In this document: positions 54,601 to 64,000 of the stretch, one piece after another
Numbering within the stretch: position 1 is the stretch's first letter
Layout of the letters: each line of letters begins with the position of its first letter
NCBI GenBank assembly: GCA_964016885.1
Contig: OZ024741.1
Coordinates: forward strand, 261,144,001 to 261,208,000
Length of the DNA stretch: 64,000 nucleotides
Reading direction: 5' to 3'
From: Eledone cirrhosa
Lineage: Eukaryota
Made by a program: the position numbers and the translations under genes
The notes under the pieces: model-generated
Told to the model about the DNA's origin: nothing
Databases searched by the model: none
Seen by the model: the letters and a program-made list of their open reading frames with translations, nothing else

Positions 54601-55044
54601 GAGTGTTTCGACTTACGAGTGTTTCGGCGTACGAGTGTTTTAACTTACGAGTGTTTCGACTTACGAGTGCTTTGACTTACGAATGTTTTGAATTACTTCG
54701 ACTTACGAGTGATCTGACTTACGAGTGTTCCTACTTACGAGTGTTTCGACTTACGAGTGTTTCGACTTACGAGTGTTCTGACTTACGAGTGTTTTGACTT
54801 ACGAGTGTTCCGACTTACGAGTGTTTCGACTTACGAGTGTTTTGACTTACGAATGTTCTGACTTACGGGTGTTTCGCCTTACGAGTGTTTCGACTTACGA
54901 GTGTTTTAACTTACGGGTGTTTCGACTTACGCGTGTTTCGACTTACAAGTGTTTCGACTTACGAGTGTTTCGACTTACGAATGTTCCGACTTACGAGTGT
55001 TTCTACTTACGAGTGTTTCGGCTTACGAGTGTTTCGACTCACGA

Positions 55045-55113
55045 AAATAACAAGTAGACGCGGTTTCAAATATCTATGCTTTTCAAATTCATTACATTAA
55101 TCTTTATTTATAC
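55045..55113. repeat. 69-bp AT-rich island, copy 13 (GACTCACG flank)
   Basis: Same sequence, offset +3,450 from copy 12. Confidence 0.95.
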
Positions 55114-58100
55114 GTTTCGCTTTACGAGTGTTTCGACTTACGAGTGTTTTAACTTACGGTTGTTTCGACTTACGCGTTTTTCGACTACGAATGTTCCGAC
55201 TTACGAGTGTTTCGACTTACGAGTGCTTTGACTTACGAATGTTTTGACTTCGACTTACGAGTGATCTGACTTACGAGTGTTCCTACTTACGAGTGTTTCG
55301 ACTTACGAGTGTTTCGACTTGCGAGTATTTCGACTTACGAGTGTTTTGACTTACGAATGTTTTGACTTACGGGTGTTTCGGCTTACGGGTGTTTCGACTT
55401 ACGAGTGTTTCGACTTACGAGTGTTCTGACTTACGAGTGTTCTGACTTACGAGTGTTCTGACTTACGAGTGTTCCGACTTACGAGTGTTTCGGTTTACGA
55501 GTGTTTCGACATACGAGTGTTTTGACTTACGGGTGTTTCGACTTACGGGTGTTTCGACTTACGAGTGTTTCGGCTTACGAGAGTTTCGACTTACTAATGT
55601 TTTTACTTACGAGTGTTTCGGTGTACGAATGTTTTGACTTAAGGATGTTTCGACTTACGAGTGTTTCGACTTACGAGTGTTTCGGCTTACGTGAGTTTCG
55701 ACTTAAGAGTGTTCTGATTTACGAGTGTTCTGACTTGCGGGTGTTCTGATTTACGAGTGTTCCGACTTACGAGTGTTTCGGCTTATGAGTGTTTCGACTT
55801 ACGAGTGTTTCGGCTTACGAGTGTTTCGACTTATGGGTGTTTCGACTTACGAGTGTTTTTACTTACAGTGTTTCGGCTTACGAGTGTTTCGACATACGAG
55901 TGTTTTGACTTACGGGTGTTTCGGCTTACGAGTGTTTCGACTTACGAGTGTTTCGGCTTACGAGTGTTTCGATTACTAATGTTTTTACTTACGAGTGTTT
56001 CGGCGTACGAGAGTTTTGACTTACGAGTGTTTTGACTTACGAATGTTTTGACTTACGGGTGTTTCGGCTTATGAGTGTTTCGACTTACGAGTCTTTCGGC
56101 TTACGAGTGTTTCGACTTATTAATGTTTTTACTTACGAGTGTTTCGGCGTACGAGTGTTTCGACTTACGGGTGTTTTGACTTACGGGTGTTTCGGCTTAC
56201 GAGTGTTTCGACTTACGAGCGTTTTGACTTAAGGGTGTTTCGACTTACGAGTATTTTTGGCTTACGAGTGTTTCGACTTACGAGTGTTTCGACTTACGAG
56301 TGTTTCGGCTTACGATTGTTTCGACTTACGAGTGTTTCGGTTTACGAGTGTTTCGACTTATGAGTGTTTCGACTTACGAGTGTTTCGGCTTACGAGTGTT
56401 TCGACTTATGGGTGTTTCGACTTACGAGTGTTTTTACTTAGGGTGTTTCGGCTTACGAGTGTTTCGACATACGAGTGTTTTGACTTACGGGTGTTTCGGC
56501 TTACGATTGTTTCGACTTACGAGTGTTTCGGTTTACGAGTGTTTCGGCTTATGAGTGTTTCGACTTACGAGTGTTTCGGCTTACGAGTGTTTCGACTTAT
56601 GGGTGTTTCGACTTACGAGTGTTTTTACTTACGGTGTTTCGGCTTACGAGTGTTTCGACATACGAGTGTTTTGACTTACGGGTGTTTCGACTTACGGGTG
56701 TTTCGACTTACGAGTGTTTCGGCTTACGAGTGTTTCGACTTACTAATGTTTTTACTTACGAGTGTTTCGGTGTACGAGTGTTTCGACTTAAGGATGTTTC
56801 GACTTGCGAGTGTTTCGCCTTACGTGTGTTTCGGCTTACGTGAGTTTCGAATTAAGAGTGTTCTGATTTACGAGTGTTCTGACTTGCGGGTGTTCTGATT
56901 TACGAGTGTTCCGACTTACGAGTGTTTCGGCTTATGAGTGTTTCGACTTACGAGTGTTTCGGCTTACGAGTGTTTCGACTTATGGGTGTTTCGACTTACG
57001 AGTATTTTTACTTACGGTGTTTCGGCTTACGAGTGTTTCGACATACGAGTGTTCAGACTTACGAGTGTTCCGACTTACGAGCGTTCCGACTTACAAGTGT
57101 TTCGATTACGAGTGTTAAGACTTACGGGTGTTTTGACATACGAGTGTTTCGATACGTGTGTTTCGACTTACGAGTGTTACGAGTGTTCTGACTTACGAGT
57201 GTTCTGACTTCCGAGTGTTCTGACTTACGAGTGTTCTGACTTACGAGTGTTCTGACTTACGAGCGTTCTGACTTACGAGTGTTCCGACTTACGAGTGTTT
57301 CGGCTTACGAGTGTTTCGACTTACGAGTGTTCTGACTTACGAGTGTTCCGACTTACGAGCGTTCCGACTTACGAGTGTTTCGGCTTACAAGTGTTCCGAC
57401 TTACGAGTGTTTCGACTTACGAGTGTTTTGACTAACGGTGTTTCTGCTTACGAGTGTTTCGACTTACGAGTGTTAAGACTTACGGGTGTTTTGACATACG
57501 AGTGTTTCGATACGAGTGTTTCGACTTACGAGTGTTACGAGCGTTCTGACTTACGAGTGTTTCGACTTACGATTGTTTATTTCACTTACGGGTGTTTCGA
57601 CTTACGCGTGTTCCGACTTACGAGTGTTTCGACTTACGAGTGTTTCGACTTACGGGTGTTCCGACTTACGAGTGTTTCGGCTTACGATTGTTTCGACTTA
57701 CGAGTGTTTCGGTTTACGAGTGTTTCGACTTACGGGTGTTTTGACTTACGATTGTTTGGGCTTACGAATGTTTCGACTTACGAGTGTTTCGACTTACGAG
57801 TGTTTTGACTTACGGTGTTTCGGCTTACGAGTGTTTTGACTTACGAGTGTTTTGACTTACGGGTGTTCTGACATACGAGTGTTTCGATACGAGTGTTCTG
57901 ACTTACGAGTGTTCTGACTTACGAGTGTTCTGACTTACGAGTGTTCTGACTTACGAGTGGTCTGACTTACGGGTGTTCTGACTTACGAGTGTTCCGACTT
58001 ACGAGTGTTTCAGCTTATGAGTGTTTCGACTTACGAGTGCTTCGGTTTCCGAGTGTTTCGACTTACGAATGTTTCGGCTTACGAGTGTTTCGACTTACGA

Positions 58101-58689
58101 ATATTTTGGCTTACGAGTGTTTCGGCTTACGAGTGTTTCGGCTTATGAGTGTTTCGACTTACGAGTGTTTTGACTTATGGTGTTTCGGCTTACGAGTGTT
58201 TCGACATACGAGTGTTTTGACTTACGGGGGTTTCGACTTACGGGTGTTTCGACGTAAGAGTGTTTCGACTTACGAGCGCTTCGACTTACGAGTGTTTCGA
58301 CTTACGAGTGTTTCGGCGTACGAGTGTTTTAACTTACGAGTGTTTCGACTTACGAGTGCTTTGACTTACGAATGTTTTGAATTACTTCGACTTACGAGTG
58401 ATCTGACTTACGAGTGTTCCTACTTACGAGTGTTTCGACTTACGAGTGTTTCGACTTACGAGTGTTCTGACTTACGAGTGTTTTGACTTACTAATGTTTT
58501 TACTTACGAGTGTTTCGGTGTACGAGTGTTTCGACTTAAGGATGTTTCGACTTGCGAGTGTTTCGCCTTACGTGTGTTTCGGCTTACGTGAGTTTCGACT
58601 TAAGAGTGTTCTGATTTACGAGTGTTCTGACTTGCGGGTGTTCTGATTTACGAGTGTTCCGACTTACGAGTGTTTCGGCTTATGAGTGT

Positions 58690-61600
58690 TTCGACTTACG
58701 AGTGTTTCGGCTTACGAGTGTTTCGACTTATGGGTGTTTCGACTTACGAGTGTTTTTACTTACGGTGTTTCGGCTTACGAGTGTTTCGACATACGAGTGT
58801 TCAGACTTACGAGTGTTCCGACTTACGAGCGTTCCGACTTACAAGTGTTTCGATTACGAGTGTTAAGACTTACGGGTGTTTTGACATACGAGTGTTTCGA
58901 TACGTGTGTTTCGACTTACGAGTGTTACGAGTGTTCTGACTTACGAGTGTTCTGACTTCCGAGTGTTCTGACTTACGAGTGTTCTGACTTACGAGTGTTC
59001 TGACTTACGAGCGTTCTGACTTACGAGTGTTACGACTTACGAGTGTTTCGGCTTATGAGTGTTTCGACTTACGAGTGTTCTGACTTACGAGTGTTCCGAC
59101 TTACGAGCGTTCCGACTTACGAGTGTTTCGGCTTACAAGTGTTCCGACTTACGAGTGTTTCGACTTACGAGTGTTTTGACTTACGGTGTTTCTGCTTACG
59201 AGTGTTTCGACTTACGAGTGTTAAGACTTACGGGTGTTTTGACATACGAGTGTTTCGATACGAGTGTTTCGACTTACGAGTGTTACGAGCGTTCTGACTT
59301 ACGAGTGTTTCGACTTACGATTGTTTTTTTCACTTACGGGTGTTTCGACTTACGCGTGTTTCGATTTACGAGTGTTTAGACTTACGAGTGTTTCGACTAC
59401 GAATGTTCCGACTTACGAGTGTTTCGACTTACGAGTGTTTCGACTTACGGGTGTTCCGACTTACGAGTGTTTCGACTTACGATTGTTTCGACTTACGAGT
59501 GTTTCGGTTTACGAGTGTTTCGACTTACGGGTGTTTTGACTTACGATTGTTTGGGCTTACGAATGTTTCGACTTACGAGTGTTTCGACTTACGAGTGTTT
59601 TGACTTACGGTGTTTCGGCTTACGAGTGTTTTGACTTACGAGTGTTTTGACTTACGGGTGTTTTGACATACGAGTGTTTCGATACGAGTGTTCTGACTTA
59701 CGAGTGTTCTGACTTACGAGTGTTCTGACTTACGAGTGTTCTGACTTACGAGTGGTCTGACTTACGGGTGTTCTGACTTACGAGTGTTCCGACTTACGAG
59801 TGTTTCAGCTTATGAGTGTTTCGACTTACGAGTGCTTCGGTTTCCGAGTGTTTCGACTTACGAATGTTTCGGCTTACGAGTGTTTCGACTTACGAATATT
59901 TTGGCTTACGAGTGTTTCGGCTTACGAGTGTTTCGGCTTATGAGTGTTTCGGCTTACGAGTGTTTCGACTTATGGGTGTTTCGACTTACGAGTGTTTTTA
60001 CTTACGGTGTTTCGGCTTACGAGTGTTTCGACATACGAGTGTTCAGACTTACGAGTGTTCCGGCTTACGAGCGTTCCGACTTACAAGTTTTTCGATTACG
60101 AGTGTTAAGACTTACGGGTGTTTTGACATACGAGTGTTTCGATACGTGTGTTTCGACTTACGAGTGTTACGAGTGTTCTGACTTACGAGTGTTCTGACTT
60201 CCGAGTGTTCTGACTTACGAGTGTTCTGACTTACGAGTGTTCTGACTTACGAGCGTTCTGACTTACGAGTGTTACGACTTACGAGTGTTTCGGCTTATGA
60301 GTGTTTCGACTTACGAGTGTTCTGACTTACGAGTGTTCCGACTTACGAGCGTTCCGACTTACGAGTGTTTCGGCTTACAAGTGTTCCGACTTACGAGTGT
60401 TTCGACTTACGAGTGTTTTGACTTACGGTGTTTCTGCTTACGAGTGTTTCGACTTACGAGTGTTAAGACTTACGGGTGTTTTGACATACGAGTGTTTCGA
60501 TACGAGTGTTTCGACTTACGAGTGTTACGAGCGTTCTGACTTACGAGTGTTTCGACTTACGATTGTTTTTTTCACTTACGGGTGTTTCGACTTACGCGTG
60601 TTTCGATTTACGAGTGTTTAGACTTACGAGTGTTTCGACTACGAATGTTCCGACTTACGAGTGTTTCGACTTACGAGTGTTTCGACTTACGGGTGTTCCG
60701 ACTTACGAGTGTTTCGGCTTACGATTGTTTCGACTTACGAGTGTTTCGGTTTACGAGTGTTTCGACTTACGGGTGTTTTGACTTACGATTGTTTGGGCTT
60801 ACGAATGTTTCGACTTACGAGTGTTTCGACTTACGAGTGTTTTGACTTACGGTGTTTCGGCTTACGAGTGTTTTGACTTACGAGTGTTTTGACTTACGGG
60901 TGTTTTGACATACGAGTGTTTCGATACGAGTGTTCTGACTTACGAGTGTTCTGACTTACGAGTGTTCTGACTTACGAGTGTTCTGACTTACGAGTGGTCT
61001 GACTTACGGGTGTTCTGACTTACGAGTGTTCCGACTTACGAGTGTTTCAGCTTATGAGTGTTTCGACTTACGAGTGCTTCGGTTTCAGAGTGTTTCGACT
61101 TACGAATGTTTCGGCTTACGAGTGTTTCGACTTACGAATATTTTGGCTTACGAGTGTTTCGGCTTACGAGTGTTTCGGCTTATGAGTGTTTCGGCTTACG
61201 AGTGTTTCGACTTATGGGTGTTTCTACTTACGAGTGTTTTTACTTATGAGTGTTCCGGCTTACGAGCGTTCCGACTTACAAGTGTTTCGATTACGAGTGT
61301 TAAGACTTACGGGTGTTTTGACATACGAGTGTTTCGATACGTGTGTTTCGACTTACGAGTGTTACGAGTGTTCTGACTTACGAGTGTTCTGACTTCCGAG
61401 TGTTCTGACTTACGAGTGTTCTGACTTACGAGTGTTCTGACTTACGAGCGTTCTGACTTACGAGTGTTACGACTTACGAGTGTTTCGGCTTATGAGTGTT
61501 TCGACTTACGAGTGTTCTGACTTACGAGTGTTCCGACTTACGAGCGTTCCGACTTACGAGTGTTTCGGCTTACAAGTGTTCCGACTTACGAGTGTTTCGA

Positions 61601-62380
61601 CTTACGAGTGTTTTGACTTACGGTGTTTCTGCTTACGAGTGTTTCGACTTACGAGTGTTAAGACTTACGGGTGTTTTGACATACGAGTGTTTCGATACGA
61701 GTGTTTCGACTTACGAGTGTTACGAGCGTTCTGACTTACGAGTGTTTCGACTTACGATTGTTTTTTTCACTTACGGGTGTTTCGACTTACGCGTGTTTCG
61801 ATTTACGAGTGTTTAGACTTACGAGTGTTTCGACTACGAATGTTCCGACTTACGAGTGTTTCGACTTACGAGTGTTTCGACTTACGGGTGTTCCGACTTA
61901 CGAGTGTTTCGGCTTACGATTGTTTCGACTTACGAGTGTTTCTGTTTACGAGTGTTTCGACTTACGGGTGTTTTGACTTACGATTGTTTGGGCTTACGAA
62001 TGTTTCGACTTACGAGTGTTTCGACTTACGAGTGTTTTGACTTACGGTGTTTCGGCTTACGAGTGTTTTGACTTACGAGTGTTTTGACTTACGGGTGTTT
62101 TGACATACGAGTGTTTCGATACGAGTGTTCTGACTTACGAGTGTTCTGACTTACGAGTGTTCTGACTTACGAGTGTTCTGACTTACGAGTGGTCTGACTT
62201 ACGGGTGTTCTGACTTACGAGTGTTCCGACTTACGAGTGTTTCAGCTTATGAGTGTTTCGACTTACGAGTGCTTCGGTTTCCGAGTGTTTCGACTTACGA
62301 ATGTTTCGGCTTACGAGTGTTTCGACTTACGAATATTTTGGCTTACGAGTGTTTCGGCTTACGAGTGTTTCGACTTATGA
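58690..62380 (+). repeat. ~1.2-kb triplication within the satellite (boundaries approximate)
   Basis: Offsets 59043/60285 (1,242) and 60285/61480 (1,195). Confidence 0.85.
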
Positions 62381-62965
62381 GTGTTTCGACTTACGAGTGT
62401 TTTGACTTATGGTGTTTCGGCTTACGAGTGTTTCGACATACGAGTGTTTTGACTTACGGGGGTTTCGACTTACGGGTGTTTCGACGTAAGAGTGTTTCGA
62501 CTTACGAGCGCTTCGACTTACGAGTGTTTCGACTTACGAGTGTTTCGGCGTACGAGTGTTTTAACTTACGAGTGTTTCGACTTACGAGTGCTTTGACTTA
62601 CGAATGTTTTGAATTACTTCGACTTACGAGTGATCTGACTTACGAGTGTTCCTACTTACGAGTGTTTCGACTTACGAGTGTTTCGACTTACGAGTGTTCT
62701 GACTTACGAGTGTTTTGACTTACGAGTGTTCCGACTTACGAGTGTTTCGACTTACGAGTGTTTTGACTTACGAATGTTCTGACTTACGGGTGTTTCGCCT
62801 TACGAGTGTTTCGACTTACGAGTGTTTTAACTTACGGGTGTTTCGACTTACGCGTGTTTCGACTTACAAGTGTTTCGACTTACGAGTGTTTCGACTTACG
62901 AATGTTCCGACTTACGAGTGTTTCTACTTACGAGTGTTTCGGCTTACGAGTGTTTCGACTCACGA

Positions 62966-63034
62966 AAATAACAAGTAGACGCGGTTTCAAATATCTATGC
63001 TTTTCAAATTCATTACATTAATCTTTATTTATAC
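62966..63034. repeat. 69-bp AT-rich island, copy 14 (GACTCACG flank)
   Basis: Same sequence. Confidence 0.95.
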
Positions 63035-64000
63035 GTTTCGCTTTACGAGTGTTTCGACTTACGAGTGTTTTAACTTACGGTTGTTTCGACTTACGCGTTT
63101 TTCGACTACGAATGTTCCGACTTACGAGTGTTTCGACTTACGAGTGCTTTGACTTACGAATGTTTTGACTTCGACTTACGAGTGATCTGACTTACGAGTG
63201 TTCCTACTTACGAGTGTTTCGACTTACGAGTGTTTCGACTTGCGAGTGTTTCGACTTACGAGTGTTTTGACTTACGAATGTTTTGACTTACGGGTGTTTC
63301 GGCTTACGGGTGTTTCGACTTACGAGTGTTTCGACTTACGAGTGTTCTGACTTACGAGTGTTCTGACTTACGAGTGTTCTGACTTACGAGTGTTCCGACT
63401 TACGAGTGTTTCGGTTTACGAGTGTTTCGACATACGAGTGTTTTGACTTACGGGTGTTTCGACTTACGGGTGTTTCGACTTACGAGTGTTTCGGCTTACG
63501 AGAGTTTCGACTTACTAATGTTTTTACTTACGAGTGTTTCGGTGTACGAATGTTTTGACTTAAGGATGTTTCGACTTACGAGTGTTTCGACTTACAAGTG
63601 TTTCGGCTTACGTGAGTTTCGACTTAAGAGTGTTCTGATTTACGAGTGTTCTGACTTGCGGGTGTTCTGATTTACGAGTGTTCCGACTTACGAGTGTTTC
63701 GGCTTATGAGTGTTTCGACTTACGAGTGTTTCGGCTTACGAGTGTTTCGACTTATGGGTGTTTCGACTTACGAGTGTTTTTACTTACAGTGTTTCGGCTT
63801 ACGAGTGTTTCGACATACGAGTGTTTTGACTTACGGGTGTTTCGGCTTACGAGTGTTTCGACTTACGAGTGTTTCGGCTTACGAGTGTTTCGATTACTAA
63901 TGTTTTTACTTACGAGTGTTTCGGCGTACGAGAGTTTTGACTTACGAGTGTTTCGACTTACGAGTGTTTTGACTTACGAATGTTTTGACTTACGGGTGTT

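Larger units (their letters stand above)
49552..56457 (+). repeat. 3,450-bp near-perfect tandem duplication, followed by a partial third copy at ~56.6-58.5 kb
   Basis: Constant offset of 3,450 (49767/53217, 51344/54794, 52807/56257). Confidence 0.92.
1..64000 (+). repeat. 16-bp satellite DNA array, consensus GACTTACGAGTGTTTC, with nested higher-order structure; runs off both window ends
   Basis: The monomer is directly visible throughout. Common variants are ...TTCTGA, ...TTTTGA, ...TTCCGA, ...TTCGGC, TACGGG, TATGAG and TACGAA, plus shortened 15-, 14- and 9-bp units. No inversion was seen. Confidence 0.99.

Noticed and set aside
14-63900. Hundreds of + strand ORFs of 60-226 aa
   Set aside because: They are overlapping translations of the 16-bp monomer in all three frames, with frequent stops and frameshifting indels and no recognisable domain.
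1-64000. CRISPR array
   Set aside because: Repeats are contiguous with no unique spacers, the interrupting islands are identical to each other, and there are no cas genes.
1-64000. Long yeast-type telomeric repeat (G/T-rich strand, GGTGT-like word)
   Set aside because: The array exceeds 64 kb, has kb-scale higher-order duplications and embedded islands, and matches no telomere repeat I recognise.

Overview
The window is almost entirely a tandem satellite array with a 16-bp monomer (consensus GACTTACGAGTGTTTC, about 44% GC, two CpGs). It holds roughly 3,800-3,900 copies, estimated from length, all in one orientation. I find no credible protein-coding gene, RNA gene or CRISPR array; the listed ORFs are translation artefacts of the repeat. 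Two kinds of non-satellite sequence interrupt the array. One is a 69-bp AT-rich island present 14 times. The other is an 815-bp island present twice, exactly 19,655 bp apart (3030-3844 and 22685-23499). The 815-bp island contains a 16-bp-arm hairpin ending in CTAT, joined directly to a TC-starting sequence that resembles the 5' end of invertebrate non-autonomous Helitrons. This reads like a Helitron 3'-end|5'-end (head-to-tail) junction, which would place the ~18.8 kb of satellite between the two junctions inside a giant rolling-circle element. That interpretation is an inference from two copies, not a proven structure. Monomer variants show nested higher-order duplications of about 1.2, 1.55, 2.0, 3.45, 4.77 and 19.6-20.1 kb. 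The source is probably eukaryotic (animal-like) heterochromatin, but the organism cannot be established from this window.
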